From the IMG/VR virus record IMGVR_UViG_3300035698_022838, positions 32,001 through 96,000 of that record: a stretch of DNA of 64,000 bases; one strand, given 5' to 3'. The DNA is from a virus. A program made the position numbers and the translations under genes. The notes below the pieces were generated by a model, which did not search any database, was not told where the DNA came from, and worked only from the letters and a program-made list of their open reading frames with translations. Below are positions 49,194-58,934 of this stretch, one piece after another. Numbering within the stretch: the first letter of the stretch is position 1; the number at the start of each line of letters is the position of its first letter.

Positions 49194-49721
49194 TTAAAAA
49201 ACTCTTCTATTATTAAAAGGTACAGTGTAATTAAATGAATTTCTTATCTGTTTTACACTTTCTATTAAAGCAAAAACAACTTTCTGTAAATAAGATAAAA
49301 TTCCTTCTCTGTCCTGATTTCTGAATATCACATTTGACATTGTCTTTTTGAATATTTGTTCTTTATAATCAAATCCTTCCCTAGCAGTATCATTTATTGA
49401 ATTCTTAACATCGAATAAATTATTTCTTTGATCAAATTGATAATATCTTCTACTCATTTCACCAGGTTTTATTTCATCCATAATAGCTAAATATGTACTA
49501 CCTGATGAACATGGACCATACTTAATTTTCCCAGTAACATCAGTTCGTACTTTTCTATATCCGGTTGAACCTATATTTATTGCTCTTTCTTCTGCTTCAG
49601 CTATTGTAGCATATAAATCATCAGATGATTCAAAGTCACTAGTAAATGTCTTATATTTTGAACCGTTTACAGTATATGAATTTTTATTATCAGGAAAATA
49701 TGGACTAAATTTATTATTCAT
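49194..49721 (-). CDS. Hypothetical baseplate-associated protein
   Basis: 175 aa between gp6 and the wedge protein. Confidence 0.6.
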   Translation of the reverse strand: MNNKFSPYFPDNKNSYTVNGSKYKTFTSDFESSDDLYATIAEAEERAINIGSTGYRKVRTDVTGKIKYGPCSSGSTYLAIMDEIKPGEMSRRYYQFDQRNNLFDVKNSINDTAREGFDYKEQIFKKTMSNVIFRNQDREGILSYLQKVVFALIESVKQIRNSFNYTVPFNNRRVF

Positions 49722-49726
49722 AATTA

Positions 49727-51457
49727 TTACCTATTTTGTGCTATTATTTTCTTTTTAGTATTTGAATTTAATTCATTCAAGAAATTCTTAGGATTAATTG
49801 AGGTAACAGAAATATTCAATGCAGACGGTCTACCATCTATAATTCCATCTACAAAATATGTATGGTTTCTGTCTGCCCAACCACCTCTCATGAGTATAAG
49901 TTCTCCTCTTCCTATGATAATGTCACCATATGAATCCAAGCCTATTTTTTTATTTAACTGTTTAGTGCTTACATTACTTAAATGATCAACAGTTTTGTGA
50001 TACCTTTCATTATCCTCTCCTATAAAATTGAATGAAACTGAATCTACGCCTTCTATACCTTCTATCAATGCAATAATATCAGATTTTGGTATTTTATCTC
50101 TTCTTTGATTAGCTAACATATAATCAGAGATAGAAGACCTAACTTTATCTTTAATTACCTCTGGATCATAACCTTCAAATGTAGACATTGATACATTACC
50201 GATGAATCTCTTAACCTCTGGTTCTATGATTTTTACAACAGTAGTTGCTATCATTTGGCCTGAATCCTCGATTAGGTTTAAAATGGATAGTTTTTGTGAT
50301 ATGCTGAGTAAAAAACTTTCTTCTGGTATGTCAAAATAGTCCTGGTTACTAGTAAGACCTATTGTTACATCAGGTACTAAGAAAATATAGATTACATTAT
50401 CATCATCTAAATATTCATCATCGAATGTTGAAAATGCTTGAATTTGTGAAAATATATTAAACTTATGTAGAAAAATCTCATAATTTTCAGCATTTACAAA
50501 AACAAAAGATCTACTCATTTTAGGAGCAACCAATTTTGTAACTTCTATTGGTTCAGCATCTGCTCCGAAAGATGGATCTAAAATTCCACCTACTGTAATA
50601 TAATTGTCTAAATTAACGACATTCCCAAATAAATCTGTACCACCATCTAAGAATTTGAAAGATAACGTAGTATCACCTCTAGATTGTATATTACCAGCAT
50701 ATCCAGAAGTTTGTAGATATTCAACTGCTATAACACTTCCAGCTTGAGGAATTTTACCAAAGTTTGAATTACCAAAATAAACATCAATACCCTCAGATAT
50801 TCCTGATTTAACTAGAAATCCTTCCTTATTTAATGGTATATCATATAAAGATTCATATTTATTCCATTTATTACCGTTTACATAAACATTAACATAGAAT
50901 TGATCTACTAATGCACCAGATTTAGATGGTACATTAAAACTTTGTAATGCTCTACCTGTACCAGTGAAATTAATTGTTACAAATGCACCTTGCGCAATTT
51001 TAAAGTTAAATGAACTTGCTCTAGTTAAAGGTATTTTTACGTTTGGTGAATTTAATATTAAAGAATATGGTAACCCGTTTTGCAAACATTGCATTCTAGT
51101 ATTGTCCTGTAGCATAATCGCTCCGCCCCCAATATCAGCCTCTTTTAAATTCCATTTAACAGAAACTTCTCCTTGTGCTGCCATACCTCTCCCTGGATCA
51201 TGGCCTGAAATTCTAGCTAAACTTTTTATTGAATGTGCTCTAGTAGCTTCGTTTATGTTTAATTCAGTTATCGAATCCTCTATAAAATAAAGGATAAGTT
51301 GGGATAGATTCTCAAGAACAAATAAAATCTGCCCCCATGCAGAAGATACTGTAAACACATTTCTTGATTGATTATACGTTCTTTGCAGAAACTCGTACGA
51401 ATCACTTAATAATCCTTGTATAAGGATATTATTCTTTTTAAAGATGTTGTTTGCCAT
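49727..51457 (-). CDS. gp6: T4 gp6-like baseplate wedge protein
   Basis: I.EAT...SI..LA...G, VYFGN..FGKIP..GS.I.VEYL...G..GN, GAD.E.IE....AP. Confidence 0.82.
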   Translation of the reverse strand: MANNIFKKNNILIQGLLSDSYEFLQRTYNQSRNVFTVSSAWGQILFVLENLSQLILYFIEDSITELNINEATRAHSIKSLARISGHDPGRGMAAQGEVSVKWNLKEADIGGGAIMLQDNTRMQCLQNGLPYSLILNSPNVKIPLTRASSFNFKIAQGAFVTINFTGTGRALQSFNVPSKSGALVDQFYVNVYVNGNKWNKYESLYDIPLNKEGFLVKSGISEGIDVYFGNSNFGKIPQAGSVIAVEYLQTSGYAGNIQSRGDTTLSFKFLDGGTDLFGNVVNLDNYITVGGILDPSFGADAEPIEVTKLVAPKMSRSFVFVNAENYEIFLHKFNIFSQIQAFSTFDDEYLDDDNVIYIFLVPDVTIGLTSNQDYFDIPEESFLLSISQKLSILNLIEDSGQMIATTVVKIIEPEVKRFIGNVSMSTFEGYDPEVIKDKVRSSISDYMLANQRRDKIPKSDIIALIEGIEGVDSVSFNFIGEDNERYHKTVDHLSNVSTKQLNKKIGLDSYGDIIIGRGELILMRGGWADRNHTYFVDGIIDGRPSALNISVTSINPKNFLNELNSNTKKKIIAQNR

Positions 51458-51462
51458 TCTAT

Positions 51463-51834
51463 TTAACTTACTTTAATTGAAATTGCAGGTCCTGCATTTT
51501 CATTTTTTCTTAGAAAAAAATCTAATACAGCTATATCCCTATTTATACCCTGGTAGAAACTCAAATTGAAATACCCACCCAGCGTACCAAATAAGGGTAC
51601 ATATATCCGCAGATTTTTATATATTTCTGCTTTTAAACTTTCTTCCGAAAGATCTAAGGTAAATATCTTTTCTTCTAAACTCAGACCAAATTTAGGGTCG
51701 CCTAATACCTCACCTTTATTAGTAAGGAGTAGCATTTTTAATTGTCCTATACAAATCTCTACTGGATCTGTAACTTCAACAATGCCCTCTTTATAGTTTA
51801 TATCGTCTGGATCTCTATTATAAATCTCAACCAT
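51463..51834 (-). CDS. gp25: gp25-like baseplate wedge subunit (ATG at 51834 preferred over TTG at 51855)
   Basis: LLLTNKGE..GDPKFG..L...IF; directly upstream of gp6. Confidence 0.82.
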   Translation of the reverse strand: MVEIYNRDPDDINYKEGIVEVTDPVEICIGQLKMLLLTNKGEVLGDPKFGLSLEEKIFTLDLSEESLKAEIYKNLRIYVPLFGTLGGYFNLSFYQGINRDIAVLDFFLRKNENAGPAISIKVS

Positions 51835-51855
51835 TGGGAATTTTTTATTTCCCAA

Positions 51856-51863
51856 TATATATC
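51856..51863 (-). promoter_or_regulatory. GATATATA putative late promoter
   Basis: Upstream of gp25. Confidence 0.65.
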
Positions 51864-51893
51864 TACCTTAAAAAGTACGGGAAATGTGAACAG

Positions 51894-52898
51894 TTAAAAC
51901 CCTAATTCATCTAAGTCAGATAATATATCTAGTTGTTCTTTATATTTTTCTGGAATTATTATATTCTTCCTAACTTCTTTAAAGTTTTCATCGTTCCAAA
52001 TTGACTTGAGCAACATAATGAATTTACCTGGTGTAATTTTTATTTGATGATTTATTTCGTTTATGATACGATGTCCAAATATCTTTAGAAAATTGGATTT
52101 CCAATTATCTATATTATCTTCTATATTATCTTTATCACTACTATGAAGATGTTCATATGGATTTATAAATACATCCAGTAAATCAGAAATACTTTGAACC
52201 CTGACGTTATACATATAAAATTCACCAATTGAGAATTCCGGCAGAAAATGATTGAATACATTATTTATATCTGACCCAAAAGATTCAGGAATTGCATCAA
52301 AATCTATACAATCGTTTATATCTGCATAAATGCGATAGCTTCCTCCAACCTTCTTTGGTCCACCAATTAAAGATATTTTATTACCTGTTGTTTTCATTTC
52401 AAAATTACCTAAGACATGTTCAGGTGCACCTTTGAAATTTTTACCATTAAATCCATCTATTTTATATGACCCTTTTGCATTTTTTCCCGGTACACGGGCT
52501 TCTTTCCCTATTCCTGTTACTATTTTTGGTCCACCAATTAAAGATTTTAATTCACTATTATCCATCTCAATTTCGAACGAACCAACATTATTTGGTGAAC
52601 CAATTAAAGATTCTAGGCTTTCTGTTACTAGAAGGACTAAAGCACCTTTTGTATATTTTGGTATACCATCTAGGTTAGGAACACTAGCATTGAAATATCC
52701 GCTTACATTTCCAAATTTTATTTTTTTTAAAGATTTTTGAGATAGGTTGTAATATGCAGGATCAAAATCTCCATCAATGTCGACTAATTCATTATTTAAT
52801 TTCCATGTACCCTTTATTCTTTTATTTAAGAATTTTTCTAAGGAAGGCTTTAATTGATAATTATTTTCTTCGTATAGGTTTATATGTTTCAATTTCAT
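51894..52898 (-). CDS. Leucine-rich-repeat-like phage protein (LxSLxGxP repeats)
   Basis: LESLIGSPNNVG, LKSLIGGPKIV, FKGAPEHVLG, ISLIGGPKKVGG; N-terminus MKLKHINLYEE. Confidence 0.7.
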   Translation of the reverse strand: MKLKHINLYEENNYQLKPSLEKFLNKRIKGTWKLNNELVDIDGDFDPAYYNLSQKSLKKIKFGNVSGYFNASVPNLDGIPKYTKGALVLLVTESLESLIGSPNNVGSFEIEMDNSELKSLIGGPKIVTGIGKEARVPGKNAKGSYKIDGFNGKNFKGAPEHVLGNFEMKTTGNKISLIGGPKKVGGSYRIYADINDCIDFDAIPESFGSDINNVFNHFLPEFSIGEFYMYNVRVQSISDLLDVFINPYEHLHSSDKDNIEDNIDNWKSNFLKIFGHRIINEINHQIKITPGKFIMLLKSIWNDENFKEVRKNIIIPEKYKEQLDILSDLDELGF

Positions 52899-52902
52899 AT
52901 AT

Positions 52903-52910
52903 TATATATC
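52903..52910 (-). promoter_or_regulatory. GATATATA putative late promoter
   Basis: Upstream of the LRR-like gene. Confidence 0.6.
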
Positions 52911-52951
52911 TACCTAAAATGTGCGAAACATTAAAAAGAAAATGATATATA

Positions 52952-54259
52952 ATGAAAATACACCAAACTATGAAAGACCTATTAAAAGAGTTAAAGAACA
53001 AAAGAAAACAAGACAATAAAACATTTGGTCCGCTGTTAAATAAAATTAAACATAATAAAGAATGGACAGAATATATTAAACATAAGACCATATTTCTAGA
53101 TAATGTTTATGTTAATATTCCACTGGCGCAAAGATTTTATCATCTATGGTTTAGTATAGATAACATAGAAACTTGTTCTGTTTGTAAAAAACCATTGCAA
53201 TTTAACAAATATGGTAGGTTTTCGGTAGATAGAATTAAACTACATTCAAATTATATACAAACCTGTACTTCAGTTAAATGTTTAATAGAAACAGAGAAAT
53301 TAAAAGGAACTAGAACAGGAAAGGGTTATGCATCACTAATAATCAAAATATCAAAAAATGAAATGTTACATAAAGATATTATCAAAGAAACTGGGTTTCT
53401 AGATAAGTACTATAAAAACATATCAATTTCACAAAGGTTTTATCACATCTATTTTGGGATAGAATTAGAGAAATGTCCACATTGTAATGGATATAGGAAA
53501 TTTAGTTATAAGAATCAATTTTCAATAAACCAAACTGGACATAGAGAAACTAACTACCAAAAATCATGTGGAAATAAGGAATGTTCGATATTAGCAAATG
53601 TTGCATGTTCAAAGAATGGGCTAATTGAGAAACACGGGGTTGATAATATATGGGATATCCCTGGACACAGAGAAAATTTTGAAAAAACCATGATGGAAAA
53701 ATATGGAACTAAATATATGTTTGGAAGCAAACACTTTAAAGAGAAAACACTAGAAAAGATAGAAAAAGATTGGGATGGACTACACCCAACGAAACATAAA
53801 GAAGTACAGGATAAAAAGAAGGAAACTAATATAGAAATATATGGACACGGTTGTGCTTTACAAAACCCGGAAATATACGAAAAACATTTAAAATCATGTT
53901 ATAATTTCAAAAATTACACACTACCAAACGGGGAAATTATACAGATACAAGGCTATGAAAACCTTGCTTTGGATATAATTCTAGAAACTAAAATGACACA
54001 ACTAAAAGATATCATAGTTGATAATATAGAAATTAGGAAAACACTAGGAGATTTTAAATACACGTTAGACAAAAAGGAAAGAATATATTTCCCAGATATC
54101 TATTTAAAAAACCTAAATTTAATAATAGAGGTCAAATCGGAATACACATACCAAAATAAACTAGAAGAGAATATAAAGAAAAAAGAATCTGTTCTTAACA
54201 AAGGAATAAGCTTTGAATTTTGGATCCTTGATAAAGATTCAGATTTAGATAAAATATAA
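52952..54259 (+). mobile_element. Free-standing homing-endonuclease-like gene (tandem Zn-ribbon repeats + PD-(D/E)xK nuclease)
   Basis: Two repeats of FLD..Y.NI...QRFYH..F...E.C..C; EKYG-type repeats; C-terminal QGYE...YFPDIY......IIEVKS. Antisense to the flanking operon. Confidence 0.7.
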
Positions 54260-54283
54260 CGTAAGTACTTGATTATCAATGGT

Positions 54284-55060
54284 TTAATTCCATTGTAAAA
54301 AATACGAAGGACTATTTTCTGAATTTATCATGTCCATTACTTCCTGAAGCTCTCTTTCACCATCACTTCTAAGTTCAGCTGAATTGACTCTGATACCACC
54401 TGGGAGGTTGTAATCAAAGGCACTAAGTATTCTAGATAATGATATTTTTGCTTTTGCGTAGCAATATCTAACGAATAATTCATCATCATACAATTCATGT
54501 TCGTTAATAGCAACAAAACATCTAATAGCAACATCCATTCCTCCTGAGTCAATTCCATTATTAACTCCGCTAAGTCCAGATCTATTTGGATCTCTACCAA
54601 GTATGGTAAGTTTCTTGCTGTTCTTGTTCCATTTAAAAGCATATGTTTGTAATAAATATGCTTGTGCCAGATCAAAATATGAATACATAACTGTTCTATA
54701 CACAAGATTATCTCCGGTAAACGGAGACAGTAGCAATTCAGAGCCTAGTAATTTAGAGTCTCCAAAATCCCTATCTGGGTTACCAGAAATTCCCATACCA
54801 TTAACTTCTCTCACATCATATACAGTTACTATTTTATCAGGTAATTTAAGCTGTCTAGTATTTCTGAATAGTGGATTTGCAAATAAAGCATTACCTAATA
54901 TGAAAACTCTATCATCAACAGCATATTGATAATTATCATACATGAATAATTTAGCACGTTTTACTATACGGGCGATTTCCTCATCATTTAAGTTATAGGG
55001 AAGAGAACAACTTGCATTAAGTTCATCTTTTATTTCTTGCTCCAGTTCTTCGTATGTCAT
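54284..55060 (-). CDS. gp13: T4 gp13-like neck (head completion) protein
   Basis: LPD.I..V; C-terminal LPGG..VN...L...G..EL..V. Confidence 0.78.
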   Translation of the reverse strand: MTYEELEQEIKDELNASCSLPYNLNDEEIARIVKRAKLFMYDNYQYAVDDRVFILGNALFANPLFRNTRQLKLPDKIVTVYDVREVNGMGISGNPDRDFGDSKLLGSELLLSPFTGDNLVYRTVMYSYFDLAQAYLLQTYAFKWNKNSKKLTILGRDPNRSGLSGVNNGIDSGGMDVAIRCFVAINEHELYDDELFVRYCYAKAKISLSRILSAFDYNLPGGIRVNSAELRSDGERELQEVMDMINSENSPSYFLQWN

Positions 55061-56460
55061 TATTGATAATTTTGATTTTTAAACTTCATCTTAGATATCT
55101 TATTGTTAAGGTCTTTTAGCCTATTATCACTAATAAATCGAGATTGGCGTATCTCATTAAAACCTTTTACCTCTTCAGTCTCTTTACTAACTATAGCATT
55201 TCTACCAATATCAGCTTTCCTAATTACTCCACCTTTAATCTCGCAGTCGATCATCTTTTCTGGTGAATCAATATAACAAGATTCCAATAAATTAGTAAAT
55301 CCAGCTGACGTATCTTTTATTTTACTGTCATATATCTTATTCGAATTAACTACATCACAATTATCAATTTCAGAATTTTTAACATCACAACCATGTAAAT
55401 TACAATTACGTAAATGTGAATTTCTTATTTTGCAATCAACTAGATCTAAATCTTCTAATATAGTTGCATTCTTACATTTTGCACCCTTTAATTGGAATCT
55501 TCCTGTATTAGTATCATAATTAAAGAAAGCATATTTAACATTACCTTCAACAATGATATCAAAAACCTTTTCCCTAATAAAAGGGAAATAAGTTTTTATA
55601 TTTTCTTCGAATCCTTTTAAATCAACTAACAAATGAAAATCTGGGAAGTTTTCAAAGAAGGCTTCAGGATTGGAAAAGCTTCTAACAACTTTGCCGTAAT
55701 CTTTCATCATTTCTTTGAGTTTAGCTAAATCTTTTTGACTGTATTGTCTAGCCCCACTAAGAATATCATATAAGAAAAGTATCATATAATCAACAATTTC
55801 TCTTATCTGTGTAATTTTTTTTTGGTAATCTCTACCACCAAGATATCTTATTTCGATATACCCCTCAGGAACTTTGGTAAAATTAGCACCATAATATTTT
55901 TCATCTGGGATTTTAAATAGACGGCTGTCAATAGTAGATATATTCTCCAATACAGAAAATCTGTTTCTTGGTATAATTCTTTTAACCGATTTCGCATATA
56001 CATTATTTGTTCTGTTACCAAACTTTGAATATATTAATCCTTCATCAACTCCAAGTATAAACTTAAGTTTGTCAAGTTCCTCCATTCTTCCAATCTCTCT
56101 ATTGTCTTTATCGAAGCTTATAGAAAATTGAAATGCACATTTATCAGTAGTCCAACCATTTTTATCGATCCAGATTAATGTTTTTATTAATATTGGGATT
56201 GCTTCTACATATGGGATTGGACCAGTTATTAACTCATTCATTTTTCCACCACCAGAATAATCTGGTTCTAGCTTAAATGTATTTGGAGTAACTGGAACCT
56301 TTGAATGATATTTATCACTCAAAATGATTTTTTTGCCAAGTAATTTAGACAAAGAATCAACGATTCTTCCCCTTACCATATTAGAATAGAATTCAAATTC
56401 GAAGCCTATAACGCCAAAGGAAAGAACCTGTCTTTTATCAAAGTGTGTTTTTTTATTCAT
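55060..56460 (-). CDS. Putative amidoligase-fold (COOH-NH2 ligase) protein with C-terminal beta-helix repeats
   Basis: IGFEFEF, LEPDYSGG, ELITGP, GWTTDKC, KYYGANF, IEIRYLGG; repeats CKIRNSHLRNCNLHGCDVKNSEI. Confidence 0.7.
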   Translation of the reverse strand: MNKKTHFDKRQVLSFGVIGFEFEFYSNMVRGRIVDSLSKLLGKKIILSDKYHSKVPVTPNTFKLEPDYSGGGKMNELITGPIPYVEAIPILIKTLIWIDKNGWTTDKCAFQFSISFDKDNREIGRMEELDKLKFILGVDEGLIYSKFGNRTNNVYAKSVKRIIPRNRFSVLENISTIDSRLFKIPDEKYYGANFTKVPEGYIEIRYLGGRDYQKKITQIREIVDYMILFLYDILSGARQYSQKDLAKLKEMMKDYGKVVRSFSNPEAFFENFPDFHLLVDLKGFEENIKTYFPFIREKVFDIIVEGNVKYAFFNYDTNTGRFQLKGAKCKNATILEDLDLVDCKIRNSHLRNCNLHGCDVKNSEIDNCDVVNSNKIYDSKIKDTSAGFTNLLESCYIDSPEKMIDCEIKGGVIRKADIGRNAIVSKETEEVKGFNEIRQSRFISDNRLKDLNNKISKMKFKNQNYQ

Positions 56461-57622
56461 CTTCCGGTTGAGCGAAAATTTTTCCCATTATAGGATCAAC
56501 CTCATATATCAGAACCATTATGGAATCACCAGTCCTAAGGTTTTTATGCTCTTTACCAAGTTTACTAGCTGGTATAAGTGCTAATATTCCAAATGCATCT
56601 AGTTCTATAAGTGCACCATTTTTTCTCTTGTGTTTAACTGTAGCGCATAAAGGCTCGCTTACCCCTTCATCAACTTCAGTTTTCAACTGATAGAGTTTTA
56701 TAGTTTTCTCCATAGGCTCACCAAACGTACATGTAAGTCTATTATCTTCTTTAACCTCTTTAACATAAAATTCGATTTCGTCACCAGTAGTAAACCCAGA
56801 AACAACTTGTCCATCAAATTCAGTCTTATGTATTAATCCTGTATAGACATCTTCCCATTCGACAAAAACCCCGAAATCAGATGTTCCAGTAACATACCCT
56901 TTATATTTTTTAGTAAGATCTAATTCACTTATTTTCTGATCCATTATCTTACCTAAGTATTTTTTATATGAAACTACAAAAATATCCTTTTTAGGTACAT
57001 AACCGTCAATCATTACATATAGTTTTTTCCCAATGTATGATTCAAAATCTGTTATTTTATTAGCTGCTGCCAAAGAACCAGGTAAGAAACATTTGATTCC
57101 TTGCACATCTGCGATATAACCACCCCTATTTACACTCTCGATTGTTGCCTCATATGCTACAGATTCTTTTTGTATTTGTTCAAAGAACTCTAATCTTGTA
57201 CTCTGTATGAAACAATCAATAACAGAACCATAATAGGTTCCCATCGAATCTCTGGTAATTGCTTCAATATTAACACCAACATTTAATTCATTCCAGGTGA
57301 TGCCTAATTTTTCTGCATCTTTTCTTTCTTTTACCAGATCTATATAAACTGTTTGGCCAGAATCAGTTTGTGCCAAAGCTCTATTTTCAGAAAGTTGTGT
57401 CACTTTACATGTATATGATTGTCCATTTATAAGATCTTTGGAAAGTGTTATATTTTCCAAATTTCCACTATAAAGATCATATAGATCTTGGGCATATGGC
57501 TCAGTGCAATAAACTCTATCGCCATGCTGTGTTTCAATCTTTTCGTTTACACCAAATTTGTTGGTTATTCCACTCCAATCGAATTCTTCTAGTGTTACTG
57601 CGGTTTGATTTTCTTTATTCAT
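56453..57622 (-). CDS. rpsA: Ribosomal protein S1-like multi-S1-domain RNA-binding protein
   Basis: About four S1 domains, including NRGGYIADVQGIKCFLPGS and G.VTG..DFGVFVE....TGLIHKTE. Confidence 0.8.
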   Translation of the reverse strand: MNKENQTAVTLEEFDWSGITNKFGVNEKIETQHGDRVYCTEPYAQDLYDLYSGNLENITLSKDLINGQSYTCKVTQLSENRALAQTDSGQTVYIDLVKERKDAEKLGITWNELNVGVNIEAITRDSMGTYYGSVIDCFIQSTRLEFFEQIQKESVAYEATIESVNRGGYIADVQGIKCFLPGSLAAANKITDFESYIGKKLYVMIDGYVPKKDIFVVSYKKYLGKIMDQKISELDLTKKYKGYVTGTSDFGVFVEWEDVYTGLIHKTEFDGQVVSGFTTGDEIEFYVKEVKEDNRLTCTFGEPMEKTIKLYQLKTEVDEGVSEPLCATVKHKRKNGALIELDAFGILALIPASKLGKEHKNLRTGDSIMVLIYEVDPIMGKIFAQPEDE

Positions 57623-57650
57623 TATTTTTATATTAAAAGGTTAATCTTCT

Positions 57651-57658
57651 TATATATC
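57651..57658 (-). promoter_or_regulatory. GATATATA putative late promoter
   Basis: Upstream of the S1-like gene. Confidence 0.65.
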
Positions 57659-57678
57659 TATTCTGAAAAGTAGTTCAA

Positions 57679-58254
57679 TTAAGGAATTAGGTTAACTGTA
57701 TTTTTTATAGTATTTAATGCTTCACCAACATTAATCACACTATTAGGAAGTGGGAAAGAAATATTAATAGCAGCTTGGAGCATTTGCATAAAAACTTGTA
57801 TTAAATTATTTAGTATATTTAATAGTGAATTTTTTTTCTCTTTAAGTGAAAGAACTATAGATGCTGGATTTGGTACTACAACAGGAACTGCGATAACAGA
57901 TGGTAATAAATTCATGGGAGCTATCGTAGCAATCATTGCTTTTATTTGATCCATTCCTGATAATAGTGAAGAATATGAAAGCTTTATCGTAGCAATTTGT
58001 TCATCTATGAAAGTACGCCCGTGGGTTTTTAACGTTTTCTTTAATTCTTCACGTTTTTCTTCACGTTTTTTCTTCTTCTCTTCAGCAGAATCCTCAGAAT
58101 TCTCAGAATCCATAGAATCAAATAGTTCTTTAAATTTTGGATCACGTTCAAGCATCCCCTCTATAACTGTATCGGTATCTAGTCCTGGTATATTTACACC
58201 GCTGTCGCCGAGCTTTACTACCAAATCTTGCATTTCTTCTATCGTTGCTGCCAT
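57679..58254 (-). CDS. Hypothetical protein
   Basis: 191 aa, directly downstream of the spike gene. Confidence 0.65.
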   Translation of the reverse strand: MAATIEEMQDLVVKLGDSGVNIPGLDTDTVIEGMLERDPKFKELFDSMDSENSEDSAEEKKKKREEKREELKKTLKTHGRTFIDEQIATIKLSYSSLLSGMDQIKAMIATIAPMNLLPSVIAVPVVVPNPASIVLSLKEKKNSLLNILNNLIQVFMQMLQAAINISFPLPNSVINVGEALNTIKNTVNLIP

Positions 58255-58260
58255 TATATA

Positions 58261-58929
58261 TTATTTAGTTTTAGATACGTTAGAGAGATGATTTGGTGTT
58301 GATGGAATTATAGGCGGACTCGTGGGCGTGCCCGTATTACCCACATGCGTGTGCGAATTGAAAAATGTTTGGAATGTATTCCCTTTTATAACAGATTCTA
58401 TTGCTCTCTCACCAAGTTCTATATTATTTGAATTTACAATAACCTTATTATCTTCCATTCTAACTTGATCGTTACCCATTTCAATAACTACTCTAAGTTC
58501 ACCATCATTCTGTGTATCTAATTGGATCTTAGCATCACCTAATATGAAATTAAGTCCTTTTTCTTTTGTATAGAACAATTGTAATGGTCCGGGTTCTGCA
58601 TCATTATCATAAATAAGAGCATGTGCTCCTTCATATGAATTTTCAATTTCTGCTTTTAAATCAGGAGAGGTATTCCATTCTCCATGATAAACCATTCTAT
58701 AATAGTTTTGGCCATCAAATTCTACAGTAACTACGGAACCAAGCCTAGGAATAGATAGCATACCATTACCTCCTCTACCAAACATTATTCCATTTTTCTG
58801 TGTTGCCCACGGAATATCCTCAGTTTCAATGCCATCAAAAAGACCAAAGACCTTAATCTTAGCTCTTCCTTCTTTTTTAGGATCCTTTATATCTACTACT
58901 TCGCCTATGTATATTCTTGCTGATGACAT
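58261..58929 (-). CDS. Baseplate central spike (gp5 N-terminal OB fold / gpV-like)
   Basis: G.VVD..DP...GR.K.KVFG......IPWA, SIPRLGS.V.V.F; C-terminal HTH (HxH) apex motif. Confidence 0.82.
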   Translation of the reverse strand: MSSARIYIGEVVDIKDPKKEGRAKIKVFGLFDGIETEDIPWATQKNGIMFGRGGNGMLSIPRLGSVVTVEFDGQNYYRMVYHGEWNTSPDLKAEIENSYEGAHALIYDNDAEPGPLQLFYTKEKGLNFILGDAKIQLDTQNDGELRVVIEMGNDQVRMEDNKVIVNSNNIELGERAIESVIKGNTFQTFFNSHTHVGNTGTPTSPPIIPSTPNHLSNVSKTK

Positions 58930-58934
58930 AAAAA

